From assembly GCA_019429445.1 (NCBI GenBank), contig JAHYIW010000002.1:37964-101963 (forward strand): a stretch of DNA of 64,000 nucleotides, given 5' to 3'. Shown here one piece after another: positions 15,515-26,281 of this stretch. Every line of letters starts with the position of its first letter. Positions within the stretch are counted from its first letter, which is position 1. A program made the translations under genes and the position numbers. The notes under the pieces were generated by a model. The model was not told where the DNA came from. It ran no database searches and was given only the letters and a program-made list of their open reading frames with translations. This DNA is from Desulfuromonadaceae bacterium. Lineage in GTDB: Bacteria > Desulfobacterota > Desulfuromonadia > Desulfuromonadales > JAHYIW01.

Positions 15515-17233
15515 TCAGACTGTCGAAAGTGTGGCTGGGTTGTTGCCAATGTCACTGCTGTGCGGAAAGACTTGTTCCAATGACTCCTCGTTGTCGAGAA
15601 AAAACTGTTCATCAGCATGAGCGATGGTGTGAATTGGCAACTCAATAGTAAACACAGTCCCCTGATCAACAACGCTTTCAACCGCCACCTGACCACCGTG
15701 GTTCTGGATAATCCCGTAAGAGACGGAAAGGCCGAGTCCCGTTCCTGCCACACCGTTCAGTTCCTGATTCTTCGTCGTGAAGAATGGATCAAAAATCCTG
15801 CCCAGATTCTCTTCGGGAATCCCATGCCCGGTGTCAGCGATCGTAGTAATGAGTCGGTCACGTTTTAAATCGGTGCAAATGGCAATTTTCAGGCATCCGC
15901 CCTGCGGCATTGCGTGACAGGAATTGACCAGCAAGTTAATAAAAACCTGTTCCACTTGATTCGGATCAACGTCAATTTCAGGCAAGTCAGCACTGTAGTC
16001 GCGCTCAATTAATATATTGTTAACTTCAGCATGGTGCTTCACCAGTGATACGGTTTGTTCCATGATATGCACCAGGGATCGGGGTTGTTTTTCAGGGATT
16101 GATGTTCGCGAAAAGTCAAGCAGACGCTTAACAATATCGGCACATCGCTTTGTCTCATGCACTATGGTGAGAGCGTCATCGCGCTGCATTGCATCGAGTC
16201 GCGGATCAGCAGAAAAAATGTTGGCAAACATCAGGATGCCGGTCAGTGGATTATTGATTTCATGGGCGATACCAGCGACCAGCTGCCCCAGCGAGGCGAG
16301 TTTTTCAGATTGCACCAGTTGATCGCTGACCTTGGCGATTTCCTTGGTCCGTTCCAGCACTTTTGCTTCGAGTGTCTCAGTCAGTTCGCTGTATTCATCG
16401 CGGGATTGTTTCAAGTTAGCTGTCATATCGTTAAATGCATCAGCAAGCTCGCCAATTTCGTCGTTCGACTGCAGGCTGATGTGACTGTCGAGTTCCATGT
16501 TGGAAACTTTGCGCGCATGCAAAAGAAGATTATGTACCGGGCTGACGACCATGCTCTGTGTCATCCAGCTCAGACAAACAATCACCAGCATCAACAAGGC
16601 GACACCAAAGGTAGCAATACTGTTGCGGTAGGCGCTCTCCTGCACGCCGGTTTTGGCCAGTGAACCCTGGATTTCGAGAAAACCAAGGGTCGTGGTGTCT
16701 GCTTGATGGACATGACAGCTTGCTGTGTAACAGGTCGGTTTGTTTTCGATTTTTGTTGTGACACTGAGAATTTTTACGCCACTGTCGGTTTCGAAAATTT
16801 TTCTGCTGTCGTTGTGAAAAAGAAATTCGTCACTGTAGATGTCGATGTCATCATCATGGTATGTGTTGGTCGTATAAATCGGGTTTCCAATTTCTTGCTC
16901 GGTGGTGGAAAAATGGATCAGTCCGTCGTTGCCGATAAGGCGGATCCGTTCAATTTTTTCATGGGAACAGACTTCAGTCATTATCTCATAGACGCGCTGC
17001 CGATTGTCTTCCAGCATCTGAAAGTGTGTTGTGTGCAGGATAATTTCACTGATTGTCTCAATATCATCCTTGGCATCGTTTAAAAAAATTTTGCTGAGTG
17101 TTTTAAGGTTGAAAAAAGCAAAAATTGAGATGGTGATGAGCAGCACGACGCCGGTGCGAAAGGTAAATTTGCTGATAATGCTTTGACGAAGAGTCTTGAA
17201 GAGCGCCATGTCCAGCAATCTCGCAACCTTCAT
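15515..17233 (-). CDS. sensor histidine kinase with periplasmic Cys/His-motif sensor domain
   Basis: Two TMs flank a periplasmic domain with TCYTASCHVH. HAMP, HisKA (AHEINNPL) and HATPase (N, G1, G2 boxes) follow. The start is ambiguous (17233 or 17209; the track gives 17299). Confidence 0.85.
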   Translation of the reverse strand: MKVARLLDMALFKTLRQSIISKFTFRTGVVLLITISIFAFFNLKTLSKIFLNDAKDDIETISEIILHTTHFQMLEDNRQRVYEIMTEVCSHEKIERIRLIGNDGLIHFSTTEQEIGNPIYTTNTYHDDDIDIYSDEFLFHNDSRKIFETDSGVKILSVTTKIENKPTCYTASCHVHQADTTTLGFLEIQGSLAKTGVQESAYRNSIATFGVALLMLVIVCLSWMTQSMVVSPVHNLLLHARKVSNMELDSHISLQSNDEIGELADAFNDMTANLKQSRDEYSELTETLEAKVLERTKEIAKVSDQLVQSEKLASLGQLVAGIAHEINNPLTGILMFANIFSADPRLDAMQRDDALTIVHETKRCADIVKRLLDFSRTSIPEKQPRSLVHIMEQTVSLVKHHAEVNNILIERDYSADLPEIDVDPNQVEQVFINLLVNSCHAMPQGGCLKIAICTDLKRDRLITTIADTGHGIPEENLGRIFDPFFTTKNQELNGVAGTGLGLSVSYGIIQNHGGQVAVESVVDQGTVFTIELPIHTIAHADEQFFLDNEESLEQVFPHSSDIGNNPATLSTV

Positions 17234-17507
17234 AAATGGGGTCGAGGGTCGGGGGCACCCCCCAGCCAAACGGTCTTGCACATAAAACCTGCATCTCACC
17301 TTCGTCGTAACGAAACAATTTCAGTAGAATTTTGTGTTAATTTCTTTTAATTGTATATACTAAGGTGTAATTTTTGTCAAAGATTTGTTTCCAACTGAAT
17401 AAAGAACAGGAATATCTCGAAAAATTCTGGTTATTACCTCAAGTTTCTCAGCTGTGCCCGGAGCAACGCGTTTTTTTCAGCGATAAATTCGGACCATCAT
17501 CCCTTGA

Positions 17508-17536
17508 TTGACATGCGTCGTCGCTGTTGCTAAATT
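17508..17536 (+). promoter_or_regulatory. candidate sigma-70 promoter
   Basis: TTGACA, 17-nt spacer, TAAATT, about 40 nt upstream of the M50 protease gene. Confidence 0.4.
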
Positions 17537-17577
17537 GAGCGGCATTTAAGTAAACTGACGGGGAACTCAAAAAATTC

Positions 17578-18267
17578 ATGGAACAGATTTTTGTCAAAAT
17601 TTCAATTATGCTCGTTCCGGCGCTGTTGGCGGTGACCGTGCACGAGGTGATGCACGGCTTTGTTGCCGACAAACTGGGCGATCCGACGGCGCGCTTACTG
17701 GGACGTCTGACGCTTAATCCGATCAAACATCTTGACCCGATCGGCACCGCTGCGTTGCTTTTTTTCGGCTTCGGCTGGGCACGCCCGGTGCCGGTGAATT
17801 TTGCTAATCTGCGTCGCACCAAACATGACATGGTCTGGGTCGCGCTCGCTGGACCGTTGTCGAATCTGGCGCTGGCACTGGCATGTGCCCTGGTGCTGCG
17901 CGGTCTGGCATTGCTGGTCTCTGCCACGGCGATCATGGAAACTGTCATCGGGGCATCGATTGAACCGCTGGCATTGATGGCCGCTTTTGGTCTTTATATC
18001 AATTTGATTCTTGCGGTCTTCAACCTGATCCCGTTGCCACCGCTTGACGGCGGGCGGGTTATGGTCGGGCTGTTGCCACCGCAACAGGCCGCCGCACTGG
18101 CGCGGGTCGAGCCGTTCGGATTCGTCATTATTCTCTTTCTGATTTTTTTCACCAAGGGGTGGGAACTGGTGCTGTCGCCGATTATCTCTTTTTTGGTAAC
18201 CCTTTTCGCTGGCCCGCAAGCCTATGTCGTGCATCAGGCGATGTCGTTCCTTTTTGCCCAGGGGTGA
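17578..18267 (+). CDS. site-2 protease family (M50) membrane metalloprotease
   Basis: HEVMHG (HExxH) in TM1, multiple TM helices, and NLIPLPPLDGG with the distal Asp motif. Confidence 0.8.
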   Translation: MEQIFVKISIMLVPALLAVTVHEVMHGFVADKLGDPTARLLGRLTLNPIKHLDPIGTAALLFFGFGWARPVPVNFANLRRTKHDMVWVALAGPLSNLALALACALVLRGLALLVSATAIMETVIGASIEPLALMAAFGLYINLILAVFNLIPLPPLDGGRVMVGLLPPQQAAALARVEPFGFVIILFLIFFTKGWELVLSPIISFLVTLFAGPQAYVVHQAMSFLFAQG

Positions 18268-18269
18268 TC

Positions 18270-19037
18270 ATGGCGGGCTACGAGGTTAAGCTTGATCAGT
18301 TTGAGGGTCCGCTCGATTTGCTGCTGCACCTGATCCGAAAACATGAGATGGACATTTGCAATATCCAGATGGTTGAGATCACCAAACAATATCTGGCATA
18401 TATTGCATCGTTCAAAGAGCTGAATCTTGATCTGGCTGGCGAGTTTCTGCTGATGGCGGCGACCCTGCTGCATATTAAATCGAAGCTGCTGCTCCCGGTC
18501 AGTGATGACGCTGAAGATGAAGAGGGGGAAGAGGACGACCCGCGCGCCGAACTGGTGCGGCGGTTGCTTGAATACCAGAAATATAAGGATGCGGCCAATA
18601 CTCTCAACGAACGTCCGCTGCTTGATCGCGATGTCTTTACCCGGTCGTTGCCGTCGTTCGCTGCCAGCGAGACGGAGAGTGAGGAACTGGTGCCGGTCGG
18701 GTTGTTCGAACTGGTTGCGGCGATGCAGGAACTACTGTCCCGCAGTGGCGCACCCCTCGCTCACGAAATTGATGTTGAACGGTTGTCCGTCGCCGAGAGT
18801 ATCAATCTGATTATGGAACGTCTGGAGGGGCGGGAGAGCGTTTCTTTTGCCGAGCTCTTTACCGGCAAGCCGCGGCGCCAGGATGTGGTCGTCAACTTTT
18901 TGGCGACCCTGGAACTGGTCAAGCTGCGGTTGCTGCGTATCATGCAAAATACCCGCTGTGGCACCCTTTGGCTCTTTGGCATCAGTGGCGAGGATGATGG
19001 AGGTAGCACGACGGAGGACGGACTTGACTACGCCTGA
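18270..19037 (+). CDS. scpA: segregation and condensation protein A
   Basis: VKLDQFEGPLDLLLHLIRKHEMDI is a canonical ScpA N-terminus. Start at the ATG at 18270. Confidence 0.9.
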   Translation: MAGYEVKLDQFEGPLDLLLHLIRKHEMDICNIQMVEITKQYLAYIASFKELNLDLAGEFLLMAATLLHIKSKLLLPVSDDAEDEEGEEDDPRAELVRRLLEYQKYKDAANTLNERPLLDRDVFTRSLPSFAASETESEELVPVGLFELVAAMQELLSRSGAPLAHEIDVERLSVAESINLIMERLEGRESVSFAELFTGKPRRQDVVVNFLATLELVKLRLLRIMQNTRCGTLWLFGISGEDDGGSTTEDGLDYA

Positions 19038-19635
19038 TTTGAAAATGATCGTCGAAGCGCTTGTCTTTGCTGCCGATGTTCCGCTCAAGGTTGACCGGCT
19101 GATCTCATTGCTGGAGGTGGAACGCGCTGCACTAACGACGATTCTTGGTGAGTTGCAGGCTGACTATCAGAAAAGTGAACATGCGTTTGAACTGCTGGAG
19201 GTTGGCGGAGGCTATCAGTTTCGTACCCGCCCCGAACTCGCCGAATATGTCCAGCGTCTCGATCCGGGACGCGCTTTCAGGTTGTCGCGGGCGGCGCTGG
19301 AAAGTTTGGCGATTGTCGCCTATCGTCAGCCGATTACTCGTGCTGAGGTTGATTACCTGCGCGGTGTCGATTCTGGCCGCGTTGTCAAAACACTTTTGGA
19401 AAAGCGCCTGATTCGCATCCTTGGCAAAAAGGAAGTGCCGGGGCGTCCGTTGATTTATGGCACCTCGCGCGACTTTCTGGAGTTCTTCGGCCTGAAAGAT
19501 CTGTCCGACCTGCCCTCACTCAAGGAGTTCAGTGAACTCACCCCCGACCAGCTTGCCGGGGGGCGTCAGCAGGAATTGGCAGTGCAGGACCCTGCGGAGC
19601 TTTCGCTCACATCAGTGACTGACTTGTCTGATTGA
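19024..19635 (+). CDS. scpB: segregation and condensation protein B
   Basis: IVEALVFAADVPL...GGYQFRT...AALESLAIVAYRQPITRAEVD motifs. The start is uncertain: TTG at 19024 after GGAGGA, or ATG at 19045. It overlaps the end of scpA. Confidence 0.85.
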   Translation: MTTPDLKMIVEALVFAADVPLKVDRLISLLEVERAALTTILGELQADYQKSEHAFELLEVGGGYQFRTRPELAEYVQRLDPGRAFRLSRAALESLAIVAYRQPITRAEVDYLRGVDSGRVVKTLLEKRLIRILGKKEVPGRPLIYGTSRDFLEFFGLKDLSDLPSLKEFSELTPDQLAGGRQQELAVQDPAELSLTSVTDLSD

Positions 19636-19689
19636 CACATCCAGGGCAGTAGTCGTGTCCCTTAATTTGAACCCGGAATTGATTTTTTT

Positions 19690-20412
19690 ATGCAACAGCG
19701 TCTGCAAAAACTTCTGGCCCAGACCGGCTTGGCCTCACGTCGTGAAGCGGAAAAATGGATTGAAAGCGGTCGAGTCATGCTTAACGGTGCCGTTGCCTCT
19801 ATCGGGATGTCCGCCGATCCGGCTGTTGACGAGATCGTCGTTGATGGTCGGCCCCTGCCGCGCGCCGAACAGCACCGTTATCTCATGCTCAACAAACCGG
19901 TCGGTTATGTGACCACGATGAGCGATCCCGAGGGACGTCAGACAGTGCGCGAGCTGGTCACTGCCCTGCCGGAACGTCTCTATCCGGTCGGTCGACTCGA
20001 TCTGACCACCGAGGGGTTGCTGCTGCTGACCAATGATGGCGATTTTGCCCAGCAGCTGGCGCACCCGCGGCATCAGATCGACAAAACCTATCTGGTGCGG
20101 GTGCGGGGGAAAGTCGATTATGCGATGCTCCGGCAGCTTGAAGTGGGGGTGATGCTCGAAGATGGCATGACCGCCCCCGCCAGGATCGGTGGTGTACGCT
20201 CCACCGGCAGTCATGGCTGGTTCAATTTGACGCTCCGCGAAGGGCGCAATCGTCAGGTGCGTCGCATGTGTGAAGCTGTCGGCTTTCCGGTCAGTCGGCT
20301 TAAGCGGACCAACTATGCGTTTTTAACCCTGGGCGACTTGGCGGAGGGCCAGTGGCGCGAACTGACCCGCGACGAAGTCGCCCGCTTGAAAAAGTTGGCT
20401 TATCGGGCATAA
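19690..20412 (+). CDS. rluB: RsuA/RluB-family pseudouridine synthase
   Basis: S4 domain (RLQKLLAQTGLASRREAE) followed by the catalytic GRLDLTTEGLLLLTNDG motif. Confidence 0.8.
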   Translation: MQQRLQKLLAQTGLASRREAEKWIESGRVMLNGAVASIGMSADPAVDEIVVDGRPLPRAEQHRYLMLNKPVGYVTTMSDPEGRQTVRELVTALPERLYPVGRLDLTTEGLLLLTNDGDFAQQLAHPRHQIDKTYLVRVRGKVDYAMLRQLEVGVMLEDGMTAPARIGGVRSTGSHGWFNLTLREGRNRQVRRMCEAVGFPVSRLKRTNYAFLTLGDLAEGQWRELTRDEVARLKKLAYRA

Positions 20413-20469
20413 TTGCGCCATCCGCCATTTATCAGTAACCTCGATTATCCTGAACCTTGGAGTAAAGCG

Positions 20470-21828
20470 ATGCTTGAGCTTGATTATGACAATATGCTGG
20501 CTACCGCTGTTGGCGAAGAATATGGTATCGCGCCGACGGAACTTGCGGCACTGATGCCGCGCTGTGCGCGTATTCATGCTGACTTGATGGCGCGTCATGC
20601 TGCCGGTGAGTTGCCGTTTTACGATCTGCCCACCGACCAAGCCATGCTGACAACGGTGCAAAAGCTGGCGGATGAACTCCGGGGGCGCTTTGAAAATGTT
20701 GTCGTTCTCGGTATCGGTGGATCGGCGCTCGGGACAACGGCAGCATTTCGGGCGCTTGGTGCTTTGCACCATAATTTACTTTCCAGAAAAAAGCGGGGTG
20801 GAGCTCCGCGCCTTTTCGTTCAGGATAATGTTGACCCTGCCGGGTTCGGGGCCACGTTGGAGTTGCTTGAGCCGCACGAAACGCTTTTTCTTGTAATCAG
20901 CAAGTCGGGAGCGACGGTTGAAACCGGGAGTCAGTTTGCCATTGCGCGTCACTGGGTTGAAGAGCATCAGGGGGACGCGTGGCAGGATCATTTTGTATTG
21001 ATTACTGACCCGGAGCAGGGAGCGTTGCGGCGCCTGGCCAATGACAGCGGGATGCGCTCCTGTGCGATCCCTTCCGGCGTCGGTGGGCGCTTCACTGTGT
21101 TTACCCCGGTTGCACTGTTGCCACTGGCTCTGGCCGGGGTCGATATTGCCGCGTTACTGGCCGGTGCGGCGGAATTCATGACGCAGGCGATGGATGCCGA
21201 TCTGCTGGCGAATCCGGCTTACCTGAACGGGGCGTTGCAGTATCTTGCTTATCAGAAGGGGCTGCGCATTTCGGTGATGATGCCGTACAGTGATCGACTG
21301 CGCGATGTGGCAGACTGGTACCGTCAGCTGTGGGCCGAAAGTCTCGGTAAGCGTCAATCGTTGACCGGGGAGGAGGTTTTTGTCGGGCCGACACCGATCA
21401 AGGCCCTCGGAGCGACAGATCAGCATTCGCAGGTACAACTTTACATGGAAGGCCCGTTCGACAAGACGGTGACCTTTATCGCGCCGCGCGATTATGGGCT
21501 GAAAGTGCCGATCCCCGCCTTCGCGCAGTTGCCGGAACTCGCTTATTTAACAGGTCGCGGGATGGATGAACTGCTCCGCTGTGAACACCAGGCAACCGCG
21601 CAGGCGCTGACGCGTAATCATCGGCCAAATTGCACGATCTGGCTGACGGAGGTCAGCCCGCGCACGGTTGGTGCGCTGTTTTATTTGTTTGAGGTGCAAA
21701 CACTCTTTGCCGGTGCGCTCTTCAACGTCAACCCGCTCGATCAGCCAGGCGTTGAGCTTGGCAAGCAATTGACCAAAAAATTACTGCTGCATGGGGGCGC
21801 TGATACCGCTGCCGGGAGTTCTGCCTGA
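20470..21828 (+). CDS. pgi: glucose-6-phosphate isomerase
   Basis: SIS-domain motifs GIGGSALG and ISKSGAT.E. Start at ATG 20470 after GGAG. Confidence 0.85.
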   Translation: MLELDYDNMLATAVGEEYGIAPTELAALMPRCARIHADLMARHAAGELPFYDLPTDQAMLTTVQKLADELRGRFENVVVLGIGGSALGTTAAFRALGALHHNLLSRKKRGGAPRLFVQDNVDPAGFGATLELLEPHETLFLVISKSGATVETGSQFAIARHWVEEHQGDAWQDHFVLITDPEQGALRRLANDSGMRSCAIPSGVGGRFTVFTPVALLPLALAGVDIAALLAGAAEFMTQAMDADLLANPAYLNGALQYLAYQKGLRISVMMPYSDRLRDVADWYRQLWAESLGKRQSLTGEEVFVGPTPIKALGATDQHSQVQLYMEGPFDKTVTFIAPRDYGLKVPIPAFAQLPELAYLTGRGMDELLRCEHQATAQALTRNHRPNCTIWLTEVSPRTVGALFYLFEVQTLFAGALFNVNPLDQPGVELGKQLTKKLLLHGGADTAAGSSA

Positions 21829-21990
21829 AGCAGACTTTACCCTTGTTTTTAACAATCATTTGTGTTATCTACAGGCGCTGTCTCAAAACACACGTCCGTT
21901 GATCCGTGTATGGGTGCCTAACCGTCGGTCGGGTCATGCTGGAGCAGATGCGGGCGGAGGAAACTAAACCCCTGAAGGAGAAAAAGAAGA

Positions 21991-22830
21991 ATGGCTGCAC
22001 AAATCGCAATGAAGCAACTCCTGGAGGCCGGTGTTCACTTCGGTCACCAAACAAAGCGCTGGAATCCGAAGATGAAACCGTATATTTTCGGTGCGCGCAA
22101 CGGTATTTACATTATTGATTTGCAAAAGACGGTTCGTTATTTCAAAAATGCCTACACCTTTCTCAGTGATGTTACAAAGAACGGTGATAAGGTTCTTTTT
22201 GTCGGTACCAAGAAACAGGCGCAGGATGCGATCGTTGAAGAGGCCGGCCGTGCCGATCAATACTACGTCAACAACCGCTGGCTTGGTGGTATGTTGACCA
22301 ACTTTTCGACGATCAAGGCCAGTATTGACCGGCTTAAAAAAATTGAGTTGATGTCAACCGATGGTACCTATGATTTGATTACCAAGAAAGAAGCGTTGCA
22401 GCTTGAGCGCGAACGCATCAAACTGGAGAAAAACCTTGGTGGTATCAAGCATATGACCAAGTTGCCCGGTGCAATCTTTATTATCGATCCGAAACGTGAA
22501 ACGATTGCCGTCAAGGAAGCTGTCAAACTTGGTATTCCGGTTGTTGCCGTGGTTGACACCAACTGTGATCCCGACGGTATCGACTATATCATCCCCGGTA
22601 ATGATGACGCGATCCGTGCAATCCGTCTCTTTGCCGCCAAGATGGCGGATGCCTGTGAAGAAGGTGTCCAGGCGCGTGAGATTGCTCTGCGGACCGATGC
22701 CGAAGGGGCCGATGTCAAAGAGGCGACCCCGGTTGCGAAGGCGACCCCGGCTGAAGAAAAAACAACCCCGGTTGCAGACGTCGCTCCGGTTGCGGAAACA
22801 GCTGAAACATCGGTTGCAACTGAAGCCTGA
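21991..22830 (+). CDS. rpsB: 30S ribosomal protein S2
   Basis: [22 protein letters not shown], with an acidic/Ala-Pro-rich C-terminal tail. Confidence 0.97.
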   Translation: MAAQIAMKQLLEAGVHFGHQTKRWNPKMKPYIFGARNGIYIIDLQKTVRYFKNAYTFLSDVTKNGDKVLFVGTKKQAQDAIVEEAGRADQYYVNNRWLGGMLTNFSTIKASIDRLKKIELMSTDGTYDLITKKEALQLERERIKLEKNLGGIKHMTKLPGAIFIIDPKRETIAVKEAVKLGIPVVAVVDTNCDPDGIDYIIPGNDDAIRAIRLFAAKMADACEEGVQAREIALRTDAEGADVKEATPVAKATPAEEKTTPVADVAPVAETAETSVATEA

Positions 22831-22854
22831 TTTTGTTGTTTTGGTTAAATTATA

Positions 22855-22885
22855 AAAGGCGACCGGCATTCGGTCGCCTTTTTTC
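22855..22885 (+). terminator. intrinsic terminator/attenuator between rpsB and tsf
   Basis: aaaaggcgaccg-gcat-tcggtcgcctttttt: 10-bp stem followed by a T-run. Confidence 0.6.
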
Positions 22886-22971
22886 CGAACCAACAATTGC
22901 TTCCACGAATGGGACAATTTAAATAAGGAAACTTTTATTACACCGTCGCACGGCGGTGTCAGGAGGACATT

Positions 22972-23880
22972 GTGGCACAGATTACAGCAAAACTGGTCGC
23001 TGAATTGCGCGCCAAGACGGGCGCGGGAATGATGGATTGCAAAAAAGCTCTGAATGAAACCGATGGTGACTTGCAGGAAGCTATCGACTTTCTCCGCAAA
23101 AAAGGTCTTTCCGCAGCCGCGAAAAAAGCGGGACGTGTGGCTGCCGAAGGTGCCGTTGTCAGTGCCAACAAGGGGAATATCGGCGTGCTGGTCGAAGTCA
23201 ACGCTGAAACGGACTTTGTTGCTAAAAATGAAGCGTTTCAGGCTTTCAGTGCCGGAGTTGCGCAAGCTGTTATCGAGGCAAATCCGGCAGATCTGGATGC
23301 TTTGTTGGCAACAGCTTTTCCGGAGACTGGTCGTACCGTTGGTGAAGAACAGAACCATCAGATAGCCACAATTGGTGAAAATATTAATGTTCGTCGCTTT
23401 ACACGCTTCGAATCAAGCGGCGTTGTGACCTCGTATGTCCACGCCGGGGGCAAGATTGGTGTTCTGGTTGAATTGCAGTCGACCGTTGCTGCTGACCGTG
23501 TTGCTGAAACCGCGCGGCTGCTGGCCATGCATGTTGCCGCTGCCAATCCACAGTTCCTGAAACGGGACGATGTCCCGGCGGATGTGGTCGATAAAGAAAA
23601 AGAGATCATGTGGGCCAAAGCCAAGGAAAGTGGTAAACCAGACGAGATTATCGAGAAGATCATTGTAGGACAGATCAATAAATATTTTGGCGAAGTTTGT
23701 CTTCTCGAACAAGCCTATGTTATCGATCCCGATCTGAAAGTGGCCAAGGTCGTCGAAGCTTTGGCCAAGGAAATTGGCGGAGCGGTTGAGTTGACTCGTT
23801 ATGCTCGATATCAACTGGGTGAGGGAATCGAAAAAAGGACCGATGATTTCGCTGCTGAAGTCGCGGCAATGACGAAGTAA
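22972..23880 (+). CDS. tsf: elongation factor Ts
   Basis: ITAKLVAELRAKTGAGMMDCKKAL (UBA-like N-terminus). GTG start after AGGAGG. Confidence 0.95.
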   Translation: MAQITAKLVAELRAKTGAGMMDCKKALNETDGDLQEAIDFLRKKGLSAAAKKAGRVAAEGAVVSANKGNIGVLVEVNAETDFVAKNEAFQAFSAGVAQAVIEANPADLDALLATAFPETGRTVGEEQNHQIATIGENINVRRFTRFESSGVVTSYVHAGGKIGVLVELQSTVAADRVAETARLLAMHVAAANPQFLKRDDVPADVVDKEKEIMWAKAKESGKPDEIIEKIIVGQINKYFGEVCLLEQAYVIDPDLKVAKVVEALAKEIGGAVELTRYARYQLGEGIEKRTDDFAAEVAAMTK

Positions 23881-24612
<732 letters not shown>

Positions 24613-24615
24613 TTC

Positions 24616-25173
24616 ATGTACAATGAAACGCTTGCCGACTCCAAACGAAGGATGGAGAAGGCGGTTGAAGCTCTGAAAAAAGAGATGAACAAGGTGCGCA
24701 CCGGTCGGGCAACAACATCACTTCTTGACAATATCAGCGTCGATTACTATGGCACCCCGACCCCGCTGAATCAAGTCGGAACGTTATCCGTTCCGGAGCC
24801 GCGGATGATTACCATTCAGCCGTGGGAAAAGAACCTGATTCCTGCAATCGAAAAAGCGATTTTACGTTCTGATCTGGGCTTGAATCCGAATTCCGATGGT
24901 CAGTTGATCCGTATTTCGTTCCCGCCATTGACCGAAGAACGGCGTAAAGAAATGGCCAAGGTCATCAAACGGATGGGGGAAGATGCCAAGGTTGCGGTGC
25001 GGAATATTCGTCGCGATGCGAACGAAAGTCTGAAAAAAATGGAGAAAGAGAAGGCACTTTCCGCCGATGACCTGAAACGTGGTGAAAAGGAAGTCCAGGA
25101 TTTAACGGATAGATTCATTGTCAAGGTTGATGAGGTTGTCAGTAATAAGGAAGCGGAGGTCATGGAGATCTGA
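24616..25173 (+). CDS. frr: ribosome recycling factor
   Basis: Full-length 185 aa with ...RTGRA...LLD.I.VDYYG..TPL... Confidence 0.95.
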   Translation: MYNETLADSKRRMEKAVEALKKEMNKVRTGRATTSLLDNISVDYYGTPTPLNQVGTLSVPEPRMITIQPWEKNLIPAIEKAILRSDLGLNPNSDGQLIRISFPPLTEERRKEMAKVIKRMGEDAKVAVRNIRRDANESLKKMEKEKALSADDLKRGEKEVQDLTDRFIVKVDEVVSNKEAEVMEI

Positions 25174-25200
25174 AGATCCCGCGTCGCCAAGGAGGAAAAA

Positions 25201-25365
25201 ATGGCATTGAGAATCAATGAAGAATGTATTGCCTGTGGAACCTGTGTTGATACCTGTCCCCTGGGCGCAATTGTTGAATCAGGAGATTCCTATACAATTA
25301 CCGATGATTGCACGGAATGTCGCGCTTGCACTGAAAGTTGTCCGGTCGACGCCATCGTTGACTGA
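25201..25365 (+). CDS. 54-aa 2x[4Fe-4S] ferredoxin (not in ORF track)
   Basis: Hand translation gives MALRINEECIACGTCVDTCPLGAIVESGDSYTITDDCTECRACTESCPVDAIVD. Two CxxCxxCxxxCP motifs. AAGGAGGAAAAA RBS. A terminator follows. The track's 25217-25414 ORF is in the wrong frame. Confidence 0.75.
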   Translation: MALRINEECIACGTCVDTCPLGAIVESGDSYTITDDCTECRACTESCPVDAIVD

Positions 25366-25368
25366 GTT

Positions 25369-25402
25369 AAAGGGGCGCCTTGTGGCGCCCTTTTTATTTT
25401 TT
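25369..25402 (+). terminator. intrinsic terminator after the ferredoxin gene
   Basis: aaggggcgcc-ttgt-ggcgccctt followed by tttatttttttc. Confidence 0.65.
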
Positions 25403-25449
25403 TCAACAGGTTGAATCCGCTCACCATGCTTGTCGCGACACGATGAAAT

Positions 25450-26220
25450 GTGCTAGATTACCGACATCTTTTGTCAACCGGATTCCATGTGAATGACATG
25501 ATCCCAGAGCATATTGCTATCATTATGGATGGCAACGGTCGTTGGGCGGAGGCGCGAAACCTGCCGCGCATTGCCGGTCATCAGCGCGGCGTCGAAACGG
25601 TGCGCGTGATCGTCGAGGCGTGTCACGGACTCGGCGTTCGTTATCTGACCCTTTATGCCTTCAGCTCGGAAAACTGGCAACGTCCATCGGCTGAAGTTGG
25701 TGGCCTGATGGAGCTTCTCGGGTATTTTCTGGAAGCGATGTTGCCTGAAATGATGGAAAAGGGAATCCAGCTGCGGGTTATAGGTGATCTGGCGCGATTG
25801 CCGGAACGTGCTCGTCGAACGGTTACTGATGCTGTTGCACAAACTGCCGAAAATAGTGCGATGACTCTGGTCCTGGCACTGTCGTACGGATCGCGGGGGG
25901 AGTTGAGCAACGCCTGTCGCACTTTGGCGAAAGATGTTCTGGATGGTGGTTTGTCTGTTGAGGATATTACTGAAGAGCTTTTTGCGAGTCGACTCGATAC
26001 TGCCGGGTTGCCCGATCCTGACCTGCTGATTCGCACCAGCGGTGAAATGCGCATCAGTAATTTTCTCCTCTGGCAACTGGCTTATGCAGAACTTTATTTC
26101 ACGGAGATTTGTTGGCCCGCTTTCACTGCCGACGAGTTGAACAAAGCGTTGGTCGAATTTTCTCGCCGTGAACGTCGTTTTGGTTTGACCGGAGCACAAA
26201 TGGAAAAGAGTCGGTTTTAA
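25450..26220 (+). CDS. uppS: undecaprenyl-diphosphate synthase (isoprenyl transferase)
   Basis: HIAIIMDGNGRWA, YLTLYAFSSENW and RTSGE.R.SNFLLWQ. The start is uncertain: GTG at 25450 per the track, or ATG at 25498, which gives the usual short N-terminus. Confidence 0.9.
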   Translation: MLDYRHLLSTGFHVNDMIPEHIAIIMDGNGRWAEARNLPRIAGHQRGVETVRVIVEACHGLGVRYLTLYAFSSENWQRPSAEVGGLMELLGYFLEAMLPEMMEKGIQLRVIGDLARLPERARRTVTDAVAQTAENSAMTLVLALSYGSRGELSNACRTLAKDVLDGGLSVEDITEELFASRLDTAGLPDPDLLIRTSGEMRISNFLLWQLAYAELYFTEICWPAFTADELNKALVEFSRRERRFGLTGAQMEKSRF

Positions 26221-26281
26221 AAATAACTATCTGGGTGTTGCTGGAAGGACCCAGTTACTGCTTGAATTCCGGAGGATTAAC

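Noticed and set aside
21829-21990. Structured rpsB leader (S2 autoregulatory element)
   Set aside because: A 160-nt leader exists, and S2-binding leaders are known in other lineages. I could not identify a defined conserved structure by eye, so I make no claim.
22354-23358. 334-aa minus-strand ORF spanning the rpsB-tsf junction
   Set aside because: It runs antisense through two universally conserved genes and an intergenic terminator. Its composition is non-protein-like.
25217-25414. Track ORF of 65 aa downstream of frr
   Set aside because: It is the wrong frame. The +1-shifted 54-aa frame from 25201 encodes a textbook 2x[4Fe-4S] ferredoxin with an RBS and a terminator.
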